This document shows, in pieces, positions 19,438 to 29,774 of a stretch of 39,235 bases of DNA (positions within the stretch are counted from its first letter, which is position 1; each line of letters starts with the position of its first letter). The translations under genes were made by a program, and so were the position numbers. Origin of the DNA: Escherichia phage 64795_ec1; the sequence record NC_031114.1. One strand, written 5' to 3'. The notes beneath the pieces are model-generated. The model did no database searches. It had not been told where the DNA came from and saw only the letters and a program-made list of their open reading frames with translations.

Positions 19438-21048
19438 ATGGCTGAGAAGCGTAAAGGTCTAGCCGAGGAAGGAGCAAAGTCGGTTTATGACCGATTGAAG
19501 AACGACCGCGCTCCTTATGAGACTCGTGCTCAAAACTGCGCTCAGTACACCATTCCGTCCCTCTTCCCTAAGGATTCCGATAACTCATCCACAGACTACA
19601 CGACTCCGTGGCAAGCTGTGGGTGCTCGCGGTCTCAATAACTTGGCCTCTAAGCTCATGCTGGCGCTCTTCCCGATGCAAACGTGGATGAAGCTGACCAT
19701 CTCTGAGTACGAGGCAAAACAGTTACTGAATGACCCCGATGGACTCGCTAAGGTCGATGAGGGTCTCTCAATGGTAGAGCGTATCATTATGAACTACATT
19801 GAGTCTAACAGTTACCGAGTGACTCTCTTTGAGGCCCTCAAGCAGTTAGTCGTAGCTGGCAACGTTATGCTATACCTACCGGAACCAGAAGGGTCAAACT
19901 ACAATCCAATGAAGCTGTACAGATTGTCTTCTTATGTGGTCCAACGAGACGCATTCGGCAACGTTCTGCAAATGGTGACGCGTGATCAGATAGCTTTCGG
20001 TGCACTCCCTGAGGACATCCGTAAGTCTGTAGAAGGTCAAGGTGGTGAGAAGAAAGCCGATGAGACCATCGACGTGTACACTCACATCTATCTGGATGAG
20101 GACTCAGTTGAATACCTCAGATACGAAGAGGTAGAGGGTATGGAAGTCCAAGGCTCCGCTGGGACTTACCCTAAAGAGGCTTGCCCATATATCCCGATTC
20201 GAATGGTTCGACTGGATGGTGAATCCTACGGTCGTTCGTACATTGAGGAATACTTGGGCGACTTACGGTCCCTTGAGAATCTCCAAGAGGCCATCGTTAA
20301 GATGTCAATGATTAGCTCTAAGGTTATCGGCTTAGTGAATCCTGCTGGTATCACCCAGCCACGCCGACTGACCAAAGCTCAGACTGGTGACTTCGTTACT
20401 GGTCGTCCAGAAGACATCTCGTTCCTCCAACTGGAGAAGCAAGCAGACTTTACTGTAGCCAAGGCTGTCAGTGACGCTATTGAGGCTCGCCTTTCGTTTG
20501 CCTTTATGTTGAACTCTGCGGTTCAACGTACAGGGGAACGTGTGACCGCCGAAGAGATTCGGTATGTGGCCTCCGAACTTGAAGATACTTTAGGTGGTGT
20601 CTACTCTATCCTTTCTCAAGAATTACAATTGCCTCTGGTACGAGTGCTCTTGAAGCAACTACAAGCCACGCAACAGATTCCTGAGTTACCTAAGGAAGCA
20701 GTAGAGCCAACCATTAGTACAGGCTTGGAAGCAATTGGTCGAGGACAAGACCTTGATAAGCTGGAGCGTTGCGTAACTGCGTGGGCTGCTCTGGCTCCTA
20801 TGCGCGATGACCCTGACATCAACCTTGCGATGATTAAGCTGCGCATTGCGAACGCTATCGGTATTGACACTTCTGGCATTCTTCTTACCGAAGAACAGAA
20901 GCAACAGAAGATGGCTCAACAGGCTATGCAAATGGGTATGGATAATGGTGCTGCTGCGCTTGGTCAAGGTATGGCTGCACAGGCTACAGCTTCACCTGAG
21001 GCTATGGCTGCTGCCGCTGATTCCGTAGGTTTACAGCCGGGCATTTAA
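19438..21048 (+). CDS. 8: portal (head-tail connector) protein (gene 8)
   Basis: 536 aa MAEKRKGLAEEGAKSVYDRLKNDRAPYETRAQNCAQYTIPSLFPKDSD…. Confidence 0.98.
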   Translation: MAEKRKGLAEEGAKSVYDRLKNDRAPYETRAQNCAQYTIPSLFPKDSDNSSTDYTTPWQAVGARGLNNLASKLMLALFPMQTWMKLTISEYEAKQLLNDPDGLAKVDEGLSMVERIIMNYIESNSYRVTLFEALKQLVVAGNVMLYLPEPEGSNYNPMKLYRLSSYVVQRDAFGNVLQMVTRDQIAFGALPEDIRKSVEGQGGEKKADETIDVYTHIYLDEDSVEYLRYEEVEGMEVQGSAGTYPKEACPYIPIRMVRLDGESYGRSYIEEYLGDLRSLENLQEAIVKMSMISSKVIGLVNPAGITQPRRLTKAQTGDFVTGRPEDISFLQLEKQADFTVAKAVSDAIEARLSFAFMLNSAVQRTGERVTAEEIRYVASELEDTLGGVYSILSQELQLPLVRVLLKQLQATQQIPELPKEAVEPTISTGLEAIGRGQDLDKLERCVTAWAALAPMRDDPDINLAMIKLRIANAIGIDTSGILLTEEQKQQKMAQQAMQMGMDNGAAALGQGMAAQATASPEAMAAAADSVGLQPGI

Positions 21049-21069
21049 TACGACTTCACTATAGGGAGA
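21046..21069 (+). promoter_or_regulatory. T7-RNAP promoter phi9, variant with one extra T (TAATACGACTTCACTATAGGGAGA)
   Basis: 24-nt match to the 23-nt consensus with an inserted T at 21055/21056; gene 8 stop TAA is its first triplet. Confidence 0.6.
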
Positions 21070-21148
21070 CCTCATCTTTGAAATGAGCGATGACCAGAGG
21101 TTGGAGTCCTCGGTCTTCCTATAGTTCAACTTTAAGGAGACAATAATA

Positions 21149-22072
21149 ATGGCTGAATCTAATGCAGACGTATATGCATCTTTTGGCGTGAACTCCGCTG
21201 TGATGTCTGGTGGTTCCGTTGAGGAACATGAGCAGAACATGCTGGCTCTTGATGTTGCTGCCCGTGATGGCGATGATGCAATCGAGTTAGCGTCCGACGA
21301 AGCGGAAACAGAACGTGACCTGTATGACAACTCTGACCCATTCGGTCAAGAAGATGATGAGGGGCGCATTCAGGTTCGTATTGGTGATGGCTCTGAGCCG
21401 ACCGATGTGGACACTGGAGAAGAAGGCTTTGAGGGCACCGAAGGTTCCGAAGAGTTTACCCCACTGGGTGAGACTCCAGAAGAACTGGTAGCTGCCTCTG
21501 AGCAACTTGGCGAGCACGAAGAAGGCTTCCAAGAGATGATTAACATTGCTGCCGAGCGTGGCATGAGTGTCGAGACCATTGAGGCTATCCAGCGTGAGTA
21601 CGAGGAGAACGAAGAGTTGTCCGCTGAGTCCTACGCTAAGCTGGCTGAAATTGGCTACACGAAGGCGTTCATTGACTCATATATCCGTGGTCAAGAAGCT
21701 CTGGTGGAGCAGTACGTAAACAGTGTCATTGAGTACGCTGGTGGTCGTGAACGCTTTGACGCACTGTATAATCACCTTGAGACGCACAACCCTGAGGCTG
21801 CACAGTCGCTTGACAATGCGTTGACCAATCGTGACTTAGCGACCGTTAAGGCTATCATCAACTTGGCTGGTGAGTCTCGCGCTAAGGCGTTCGGTCGTAA
21901 GCCAACTCGTAGTGTGACTAATCGTGCTATTCCGGCTAAACCTCAGGCTACTAAGCGTGAAGGCTTTGCGGACCGTAGCGAGATGATTAAAGCTATGAGC
22001 GACCCTCGGTATCGCACAGATGCCAACTATCGTCGTCAAGTCGAACAGAAAGTAATCGATTCGAACTTCTGA
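21149..22072 (+). CDS. 9: capsid assembly scaffolding protein (gene 9)
   Basis: 307 aa acidic protein MAESNADVYASFGVNSAVMSGGSVEEHEQNMLALDVAARDGDDAIELASDEAE…. Confidence 0.97.
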   Translation: MAESNADVYASFGVNSAVMSGGSVEEHEQNMLALDVAARDGDDAIELASDEAETERDLYDNSDPFGQEDDEGRIQVRIGDGSEPTDVDTGEEGFEGTEGSEEFTPLGETPEELVAASEQLGEHEEGFQEMINIAAERGMSVETIEAIQREYEENEELSAESYAKLAEIGYTKAFIDSYIRGQEALVEQYVNSVIEYAGGRERFDALYNHLETHNPEAAQSLDNALTNRDLATVKAIINLAGESRAKAFGRKPTRSVTNRAIPAKPQATKREGFADRSEMIKAMSDPRYRTDANYRRQVEQKVIDSNF

Positions 22073-22085
22073 TAGACTCTGAAAT

Positions 22086-22108
22086 TAATACGACTCACTA
22101 TAGGGAGA
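22086..22108 (+). promoter_or_regulatory. T7-RNAP promoter phi10
   Basis: TAATACGACTCACTATAGGGAGACCACAACGGTTTCCCTCTAGAAAT, +1 at 22103; strong SD AAGGAG before gene 10. Confidence 0.9.
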
Positions 22109-22170
22109 CCACAACGGTTTCCCTCTAGAAATCATTCTTTGTTTAACTTTCTTAAGAAGGAGACATACAT

Positions 22171-23205
22171 ATGGCTAACATGACTGGTGGACAGCAACTG
22201 GGTACTAACCAAGGTAAAGGCGTAAGCGGTGGTGCCGATAAACTGGCGTTGTTCTTGAAGGTATTTGGTGGTGAAGTTCTGACTGCATTCGCTCGTACCT
22301 CCGTGACCACTTCTCGCCACATGGTCCGTTCCATCTCCAGCGGTAAATCTGCTCAGTTCCCTGTTCTGGGTCGCACTCAGGCAGCGTATCTGGCTCCGGG
22401 TGAGAACCTCGACGATAAACGTAAAGACATCAAACACACCGAGAAGGTAATCACCATTGATGGTCTCCTGACGGCTGACGTTCTGATTTACGATATTGAG
22501 GACGCGATGAACCACTATGACGTTCGCTCTGAGTACACCTCTCAGTTGGGTGAATCTCTGGCGATGGCTGCTGATGGTGCGGTTCTGGCTGAGATTGCCG
22601 GTCTGTGTAACTTGGTAGGGACCTCTAACGAGAACATTGAGGGCCTAGGTGCTGCTACCGTAATTGAGACCACTCAGGCCAAGACTGCACTTACCGACCA
22701 AGTTGCTCTGGGTAAAGAGATTATTGCGGCTCTGACTAAAGCTCGTGCGGCTCTGACCAAGAACTATGTTCCGGCTGCTGACCGAGTGTTCTACTGCGAC
22801 CCTGACAGCTACTCTGCGATTCTGGCAGCACTGATGCCGAACGCTGCAAACTACGCTGCTCTGATTGACCCTGAGAAGGGTTCTATCCGCAACGTTATGG
22901 GCTTTGAGGTTGTAGAAGTTCCGCACCTCACCGCTGGTGGCGCTGGTACTGCCCGTGATGGCGTAACTGGTCAGAAGCACACCTTCCCTGCCACTAAGAG
23001 TGGTAATGACAAGGTAGCTAAGGACAACGTTATCGGCCTGTTCATGCACCGCTCTGCGGTAGGTACCGTTAAGCTGCGCGACTTGGCTCTGGAGCGCGCT
23101 CGCCGTGCTAACTTCCAAGCTGACCAGATTATCGCTAAGTACGCAATGGGTCACGGTGGTCTGCGCCCAGAAGCTGCTGGTGCAGTGGTTTTCAAGGGGG
23201 AGTAA
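22171..23205 (+). CDS. 10A: major capsid protein 10A
   Basis: 344 aa MANMTGGQQLGTNQGKGVSGGADKLALFLKVFGGEVLTAFARTSVTTSRH…. Confidence 0.98.
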   Translation: MANMTGGQQLGTNQGKGVSGGADKLALFLKVFGGEVLTAFARTSVTTSRHMVRSISSGKSAQFPVLGRTQAAYLAPGENLDDKRKDIKHTEKVITIDGLLTADVLIYDIEDAMNHYDVRSEYTSQLGESLAMAADGAVLAEIAGLCNLVGTSNENIEGLGAATVIETTQAKTALTDQVALGKEIIAALTKARAALTKNYVPAADRVFYCDPDSYSAILAALMPNAANYAALIDPEKGSIRNVMGFEVVEVPHLTAGGAGTARDGVTGQKHTFPATKSGNDKVAKDNVIGLFMHRSAVGTVKLRDLALERARRANFQADQIIAKYAMGHGGLRPEAAGAVVFKGE

Positions 23206-23342
23206 TGCTAAGGGTGGCCTCAACGGTCGCTGCTAGTCCCGAAGAGGCGAGTGTTACTTCAACAGAAGAAACCTTAACGCCAGCACAGAAGGCCGCACGC
23301 ACCCGCGCTGCTAACAAACCAGCTGCTGCCGCTGAGCAATAA
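22171..23342 (+). CDS. 10B: minor capsid protein 10B by -1 ribosomal frameshift near 23188-23194
   Basis: slippery G GTT TTC; -1 frame then reads QGGVMLRVASTVAASPEEASVTSTEETLTPAQKAARTRAANKPAAAAEQ to TAA 23340-23342. Confidence 0.7.
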
Positions 23343-23349
23343 CTAGCAT

Positions 23350-23390
23350 AACCCCTTGGGGCCTCTAAACGGGTCTTGAGGGGTTTTTTG
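23350..23390 (+). terminator. T7-RNAP terminator Tphi
   Basis: AACCCCTTGGGGCCTCTAAACGGGTCTTGAGGGGTTTTTTG hairpin plus U-run. Confidence 0.9.
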
Positions 23391-23407
23391 CTTAAAGGAG
23401 GAACTAT

Positions 23408-23998
23408 ATGCGCTCATACGATATGAACGTTGAGACTGCCGCTGAGTTATCCGCTGTTAACGACATTCTGGCATCTATCGGTGAACCTCCGGTATCAACT
23501 CTGGAAGGTGATGCTAACGCGGATGTAGCGAACGCTCGGCGTATTCTCAACAAGATTAACCGACAGATTCAGTCTCGTGGCTGGACGTTCAACATTGAGG
23601 AAGGCATAACGCTATTACCCGATGTTTACTCCAACCTGATTGTATACAGTGACGATTATCTGTCCCTAATGGCTACTTCCGGTCAATCCATCTACGTGAA
23701 CCGAGGTGGCTACGTCTATGACCGAACGAGTCAATCAGACCGCTTTGAGTCCGGTATTACCGTGAACATTATTCGTCTCCGAGACTACGATGAGATGCCT
23801 GAGTGCTTCCGTTACTGGATTGTCACCAAGGCTTCCCGTCAGTTCAATAACCGATTCTTTGGGGCACCGGAAGTAGAGGGTGTACTCCAAGAAGAGGAAG
23901 ATGAGGCTAGACGTCTCTGTATGGAGTACGAGGTGGACTACGGTGGGTACAATATGCTGGATGGTGACGCGTTCACTTCTGGTCTACTGACTCGCTAA
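23408..23998 (+). CDS. 11: tail tubular protein A (gene 11)
   Basis: 196 aa [66 protein letters not shown]…. Confidence 0.97.
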   Translation: MRSYDMNVETAAELSAVNDILASIGEPPVSTLEGDANADVANARRILNKINRQIQSRGWTFNIEEGITLLPDVYSNLIVYSDDYLSLMATSGQSIYVNRGGYVYDRTSQSDRFESGITVNIIRLRDYDEMPECFRYWIVTKASRQFNNRFFGAPEVEGVLQEEEDEARRLCMEYEVDYGGYNMLDGDAFTSGLLTR

Positions 23999-24018
23999 TA
24001 ATCAATAAGGAGGCTCTA

Positions 24019-26406
24019 ATGGCACTCATTAGCCAATCAATCAAGAACTTGAAGGGTGGTATCAGCCAACAGCCTGACATCCTTCGTTATCCCGACCAAG
24101 GGTCACGCCAAGTTAACGGTTGGTCTTCGGAGACCGAGGGCCTCCAAAAGCGTCCACCTCTGGTTTTCCTTAAGACCCTAGGAGGTAGTGGCGACTTAGG
24201 ACCAGCGCCTTACATCCATCTGATTAACCGTGATGAGAACGAACAGTATTACGCTGTGTTCACTGGTACAGGAATCCGTGTGTTTGACCTTGCTGGTAAC
24301 GAGAAGCAGGTTCGTTACCCAACCGATGGCGCTGCATATATACAGACAGCAAACCCTCGGAATGACCTGAGGATGGTCACAGTAGCTGACTACACCTTCA
24401 TCGTCAACAGGAATGTCCGTGTAGGTAAGAATACCAACTCGGTCAACCTTGCAGGGTTTAACCCTAAGAAAGACGCTTTAATTAATGTCCGTGGCGGTCA
24501 GTATGGTAGAACACTCCAGATTCAGATTAATGGAGGCACTCAGGCAAGCTATCAGATTCCAGATGGGTCACAGCCAGCGCATGTAAACAATACGGACGCT
24601 CAGTGGTTAGCTGAGGAACTGGCTAGACAACTAAGGGCTAACACTCCCGGATGGACATTCAACGTGGGCCAAGGCTTTATCCACATCATAGCAGATGCTG
24701 CTGGTGAGATTAACTCCTTGGTAACTAAGGATGGTTACGCGGACCAGTTGATTAACCCTGTAACCCACTACGCCCAATCATTCGCCAAGTTACCGCCAAA
24801 CGCGCCTGATGGATACATGGTTAAAATCGTTGGGGATGCCTCGAAGTCTGCTGACCAATATTACGTTCGCTATGACGCACAGCGTAAGGTCTGGGTTGAG
24901 ACATTAGGTTGGAACGTTACTAACCAACTTCTGTACGGGACTATGCCTCACGCCCTTGTGCGTGCTGCTGATGGTAACTTTGAGTTCAAGTGGATTGAGT
25001 GGAACCCGAAAACCTGTGGTGACGATGATACTAACCCTTGGCCCTCCTTCGTGGACTCCACAATCAACGATGTGTTCTTCTTCCGTAACCGTTTAGGTTT
25101 CCTCAGTGGAGAGAATATAATCTTGAGTAGAACCGCTAAGTACTTCAACTTCTACCCAGCGTCAATCGCAAACTTGAGCGACGATGACCCTATCGACGTA
25201 GCTGTGAGTACCAACCGAATCGCAATCCTTAAGTACGCCGTTCCGTTCTCGGAGGAGTTACTCATATGGTCCGACGAAGCACAGTTCGTCCTGACTGCAT
25301 CCGGCACCCTCACGTCGAAATCGGTAGAGTTGAACCTAACGACCCAGTTTGATGTACAGGACCGAGCGAGACCTTATGGTATTGGGCGCAATGTCTACTT
25401 CGCTAGTCCGAGGTCCAGCTTCACGTCAATACACAGGTACTACGCTGTGCAGGATGTAAGTTCCGTTAAGAACGCTGAGGACATTACAGCACACGTGCCT
25501 AACTACATCCCTAATGGTGTGTTCAGTATTTGCGGTAGTGGTACGGAAAACTTCTGTTCGGTACTATCTCACGGGGACCCTAGCAAAATCTTCATGTACA
25601 AATTCCTGTACCTGAACGAAGAGCTAAGGCAACAGTCGTGGTCTCATTGGGACTTTGGGGAAAACGTGCAGGTTCTAGCTTGCCAGAGTATCAACTCAGA
25701 TATGTATGTTATTCTCCGTAATGAGTTCAATACGTTCCTAGCTAAAATCTCTTTCACTAAGAACGCCATTGACTTACGAGGCGAACCCTATCGTGCCTTT
25801 ATGGACATGAAGATTCGCTACACGATTCCTAGCGGAACATACAACGATGATACCTATACTACCTCTATTCACCTGCCAACAATCTATGGTGCAAACTTCG
25901 GGAGGGGCAAAATCACTGTACTGGAACCTGACGGTAAGATAACTGTCTTTGAGCAACCTACGGCTGGGTGGCAAAGCGACCCATGGCTGAGGCTCAACGG
26001 TAACTTAGAGGGACGCACGGTGTACATTGGGTTCAACATTAACTTCATCTATGAGTTCTCTAAGTTTCTCATCAAGCAGACTGCCGACGACGGGTCTACC
26101 TCCACGGAAGACATTGGTCGCTTGCAGTTACGCCGAGCGTGGGTGAACTACGAGGATTCTGGTACGTTCGATATTTATGTTGAGAACCAATCGTCTAACT
26201 GGAAGTACACAATGGCAGGTTCTCGATTAGGCTCTAACGCTCTGAGGGCTGGGCGATTGAACTTAGGGACCGGACAATACCGATTCCCTGTAGTTGGCAA
26301 CGCCAAGTTCAATACTGTATACATCTCGTCAGATGAGACTACCCCATTGAACATCATTGGGTGTGGCTGGGAAGGTAACTACTTACGGAGAAGTTCCGGT
26401 ATTTAA
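24019..26406 (+). CDS. 12: tail tubular protein B (gene 12)
   Basis: 795 aa MALISQSIKNLKGGISQQPDILRYPDQGSRQVNGWSSETEGLQKRPP…. Confidence 0.97.
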   Translation: MALISQSIKNLKGGISQQPDILRYPDQGSRQVNGWSSETEGLQKRPPLVFLKTLGGSGDLGPAPYIHLINRDENEQYYAVFTGTGIRVFDLAGNEKQVRYPTDGAAYIQTANPRNDLRMVTVADYTFIVNRNVRVGKNTNSVNLAGFNPKKDALINVRGGQYGRTLQIQINGGTQASYQIPDGSQPAHVNNTDAQWLAEELARQLRANTPGWTFNVGQGFIHIIADAAGEINSLVTKDGYADQLINPVTHYAQSFAKLPPNAPDGYMVKIVGDASKSADQYYVRYDAQRKVWVETLGWNVTNQLLYGTMPHALVRAADGNFEFKWIEWNPKTCGDDDTNPWPSFVDSTINDVFFFRNRLGFLSGENIILSRTAKYFNFYPASIANLSDDDPIDVAVSTNRIAILKYAVPFSEELLIWSDEAQFVLTASGTLTSKSVELNLTTQFDVQDRARPYGIGRNVYFASPRSSFTSIHRYYAVQDVSSVKNAEDITAHVPNYIPNGVFSICGSGTENFCSVLSHGDPSKIFMYKFLYLNEELRQQSWSHWDFGENVQVLACQSINSDMYVILRNEFNTFLAKISFTKNAIDLRGEPYRAFMDMKIRYTIPSGTYNDDTYTTSIHLPTIYGANFGRGKITVLEPDGKITVFEQPTAGWQSDPWLRLNGNLEGRTVYIGFNINFIYEFSKFLIKQTADDGSTSTEDIGRLQLRRAWVNYEDSGTFDIYVENQSSNWKYTMAGSRLGSNALRAGRLNLGTGQYRFPVVGNAKFNTVYISSDETTPLNIIGCGWEGNYLRRSSGI

Positions 26407-26436
26407 TTAAATGTTCTCCCTGTGGTGGCTCGAAAT

Positions 26437-26459
26437 TAATACGACTCACTATAGGGAGA
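26437..26459 (+). promoter_or_regulatory. T7-RNAP promoter phi13
   Basis: TAATACGACTCACTATAGGGAGA, +1 at 26454. Confidence 0.88.
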
Positions 26460-26486
26460 ACAATACGACTACGGGAGGGTTTTCTT

Positions 26487-26903
26487 ATGATGATTATAAG
26501 ACCTACTAAAAGTACAGACTTTGAGGTATTCGCTCCGGCTCACCATGACATTCTTGAAGCTAAGGCCGCTGGTATTGAGCCGAGTTTCCCTGATGCTTCC
26601 GAGTGTGTCACGTTGAGCCTTTATGGGTTCCCTCTAGCCATAGGTGGCAACTGTGGGGACCAATGCTGGTTCGTTACTAGCGACCAAGTGTGGCGACTTA
26701 GTGGAAAAGCTAAGCGAGAGTTCCGTAAGTTAATCATGGAGTATCGCGATAAGATGCTTGAGAAGTATGATACTCTTTGGAATTACGTATGGGTAGGCAA
26801 TACGTCCCACATTCGTTTCCTCAAGACTATCGGTGCGGTATTCCATGAAGAGTACACACGAGATGGTCAGTTTCAACTATTCACAATAACGAAAGGAGGA
26901 TAA
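26487..26903 (+). CDS. 13: internal virion / assembly protein (gene 13)
   Basis: 138 aa MMIIRPTKSTDFEVFAPAHHDILEAKAAGIEPSFPDASECVTLSLYGFPLAIGGNCGDQCWFVTSDQVWRL…. Confidence 0.9.
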   Translation: MMIIRPTKSTDFEVFAPAHHDILEAKAAGIEPSFPDASECVTLSLYGFPLAIGGNCGDQCWFVTSDQVWRLSGKAKREFRKLIMEYRDKMLEKYDTLWNYVWVGNTSHIRFLKTIGAVFHEEYTRDGQFQLFTITKGG

Positions 26904-26907
26904 CCTT

Positions 26908-27498
26908 ATGTGCTGGCCTACCGCAATACCTATTGCATTGTCTGGTGTACAAGCTGTAAGTAATCAATACACTCAGTCCAAAATGATTGCCGCTCAGACC
27001 GCTGCTGGTCGTCGGCAAGCTATCGAACTTTTGAAGCAGACGAACATCCAGAATGCCGACCTATCGTTGCAAGCTCGAAGTAAACTTGAGGAAGCATCCT
27101 CTGAGTTGACCTCACAGAACATGCAGAAGGTCCAAGCTCTTGGGTCTATCCGAGCGGCTATCGGAGAGAGTATGCTCGAAGGTTCCTCAATGGACCGCAT
27201 TAAGCGAGTCACAGAGGGACAGTTCATTCGGGAAGCCAATATGGTAACTGAGAACTATCGCCGTGACTACCAAGCAATCTTCGCACAGCAACTTGGTGGC
27301 ACTCAAAGTGCTGCAAGTCAGATTAGCGAAATCTATAAGGGAGAACAGAAGCAGAAGAGTAAGCTACAGATGGTTCTGGACCCACTGGCTATCATGGGGT
27401 CTTCCGCTGCGAGTGCTTACGCATCCGGTGCGTTCGACTCTAAGTCCACAACTAAGGCACCTATTGTTGCCGCTAAAGGAACCAAGACGGGGAGGTAA
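26908..27498 (+). CDS. 14: internal virion protein B (gene 14)
   Basis: 196 aa MCWPTAIPIALSGVQAVSNQYTQSKMIAAQTAAGRRQAIELLKQTN…. Confidence 0.95.
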   Translation: MCWPTAIPIALSGVQAVSNQYTQSKMIAAQTAAGRRQAIELLKQTNIQNADLSLQARSKLEEASSELTSQNMQKVQALGSIRAAIGESMLEGSSMDRIKRVTEGQFIREANMVTENYRRDYQAIFAQQLGGTQSAASQISEIYKGEQKQKSKLQMVLDPLAIMGSSAASAYASGAFDSKSTTKAPIVAAKGTKTGR

Positions 27499-27504
27499 TG
27501 AGCT

Positions 27505-29748
27505 ATGAGTAAAATTGAATCTGCCCTTCAAGCGGCACAACCGGGACTCTCTCGGTTACGTGGTGGCACTGGCGGTATGGGCTATCGTGCAGCAACCACT
27601 CAGGCTGAGCAGCCAAAGTCCAGCCTATTGGACACCATTGGTCGGTTCGCTAAAGCTGGTGCCGATATGTATACCGCTAAGGAACAACGAGCACGCGACC
27701 TAGCTGACGAACGCTCTAACGAGATTATCCGTAAGCTGACTCCTGAGCAACGCCGAGAAGCTCTCAACAACGGGACACTTCTGTATCAGGATGACCCATA
27801 CGCTATGGAAGCACTACGAGTCAAGACTGGTCGTAACGCTGCGTACCTTGTGGACGATGACGTTATGCAGAAGGTCAAAGAGGGTGTCTTCCGTACTCGT
27901 GAAGAGATGGAACAATATCGCCATAGTCGTCTTCAAGAGGGCGCTAAGGCATACGCTGAGCAGTTCGGCATTGACCCTGAGGACGTTGATTATCAGCGTG
28001 GTTTCAACGGGGACATCACCGAGCGTAACATCTCGCTGTATGGTGCGCATGATAACTTCTTGAGCCAGCAAGCTCAGAAGGGTGCCATCATGAACAGCCG
28101 AGTGGAACTCAACGGTGTCCTTCAAGACCCTGACATGCTTCGCCGCCCAGACTCTGCGGACTTCTTTGAGAAGTACATCGACAACGGTCTGGTCACTGGG
28201 GCGATACCGTCTGACGCTCAAGCCACACAGCTTATAAGCCAAGCGTTCAGTGATGCTTCTAGCCGTGCTGGTGGTGCTGACTTCCTGATGCGAGTTGGTG
28301 ACAAGAAGGTAACACTCAACGGGACCACTACGACTTACCGAGAGTTGATGGGTGAAGAACAATGGAATGCTCTCATGGTCACAGCGCAACGTTCTCAGTT
28401 TGAGAATGACGCTAAGCTGAACGAGCAGTATCGTTTGAAGATTAACTCGGCGCTGAACCAAGAGGACCCTCGTACTGCGTGGGAGATGCTTCAAGGTATC
28501 AAGGCTGAACTCGATAAGGTTCAACCTGATGAGCAGATGACACCGCAACGTGAGTGGTTAATCTCGGCACAGGAGCAAGTTCAGAATCAGATGAACGCAT
28601 GGACGAAAGCTCAAGCGAAAGCTCTGGATGACTCAATGAAGTCTATGAACAAACTTGACGTAATCGACAAGCAGTTCCAGAAGCGAATCAACGGTGAGTG
28701 GGTCTCAACGGACTTCAAGGATATGCCAGTCAATGAGAACACTGGTGAGTTCAAACATAGCGATATGGTTAACTACGCCAATAAGAAACTCGCTGAGATT
28801 GACCGTATGGACATCCCAGATAGCGCCAAGGACATGATGAAGTTGAAATACCTTCAAGCGGACTCTAAGGACGGGGCATTCCGTACAGCAATCGGAACTA
28901 TGGTGACTGACGCTGGTCAAGAGTGGTCTGCCGCTGTGATTAACGGTAAGTTGCCAGAACGAACCCCAGCTCTGGATGCTCTACGTAGAATCCGTAATGC
29001 CGACCCTCAGTTGATTGCTGCGCTATACCCAGACCAAGCTGAGCTATTCCTGACGATGGACATGATGGACAAGCAGGGTATTGACCCTCAGGTTATTCTT
29101 GATGCCGACCGACTGAGTGTTAAGCGGTCCAAAGAGCAACGCTTTGAGGATGATAAAGCATTCGAGTCTGCACTGAACGCGTCTAAGGCTCCTGAGATTG
29201 CCCGTATGCCAGCGTCACTGCGTGAGTCTGCGCGTAAGATTTATGACTCAGTTAAATATCGCTCAGGGAACGAAAGTATGGCTATGGAGCAGATGACCAA
29301 GTTCCTTAAGGAATCTACCTACACGTTCACTGGTGACGATGTTGGTGGTGATACCGTTGGTGTAATTCCGAAGAACATGATGCAAGTCAACTCTGACCCG
29401 AAATCATGGGAGCAAGGTCGCGATATTCTGGAGGAAGCACGTAAGGGAATCATTGCGAGCAACCCTTGGATAACCAACAAGCAACTGACCATGTATTCTC
29501 AAGGTGACTCCATTTACCTCATGGACACCACTGGTCAAGTCCGCGTCCGTTATGATAAAGAGTTACTATCGAAGGTATGGAGTGAGAACCAGAAGAAACT
29601 CGAAGAGAAGGCTCGCGAGAAGGCTCTGACTGATGTTAACAAGCGAGCACCTATCGTTGCCGCTAAGAAGGCCCGTGAAGCTGCTGCTAAACGAGTCCGA
29701 GAGAAACGTAAACAGACTCCGAAGTTCATCTATGGACGTAAGGAGTAA
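27505..29748 (+). CDS. 15: internal virion protein C (gene 15)
   Basis: 747 aa MSKIESALQAAQPGLSRLRGGTGGMGYRAATTQAEQPKSSLLDTIGRFAKAGADMYTAKEQ…. Confidence 0.97.
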   Translation: MSKIESALQAAQPGLSRLRGGTGGMGYRAATTQAEQPKSSLLDTIGRFAKAGADMYTAKEQRARDLADERSNEIIRKLTPEQRREALNNGTLLYQDDPYAMEALRVKTGRNAAYLVDDDVMQKVKEGVFRTREEMEQYRHSRLQEGAKAYAEQFGIDPEDVDYQRGFNGDITERNISLYGAHDNFLSQQAQKGAIMNSRVELNGVLQDPDMLRRPDSADFFEKYIDNGLVTGAIPSDAQATQLISQAFSDASSRAGGADFLMRVGDKKVTLNGTTTTYRELMGEEQWNALMVTAQRSQFENDAKLNEQYRLKINSALNQEDPRTAWEMLQGIKAELDKVQPDEQMTPQREWLISAQEQVQNQMNAWTKAQAKALDDSMKSMNKLDVIDKQFQKRINGEWVSTDFKDMPVNENTGEFKHSDMVNYANKKLAEIDRMDIPDSAKDMMKLKYLQADSKDGAFRTAIGTMVTDAGQEWSAAVINGKLPERTPALDALRRIRNADPQLIAALYPDQAELFLTMDMMDKQGIDPQVILDADRLSVKRSKEQRFEDDKAFESALNASKAPEIARMPASLRESARKIYDSVKYRSGNESMAMEQMTKFLKESTYTFTGDDVGGDTVGVIPKNMMQVNSDPKSWEQGRDILEEARKGIIASNPWITNKQLTMYSQGDSIYLMDTTGQVRVRYDKELLSKVWSENQKKLEEKAREKALTDVNKRAPIVAAKKAREAAAKRVREKRKQTPKFIYGRKE

Positions 29749-29774
29749 CTAAAGGCTACATAAGGAGGCCCTAA

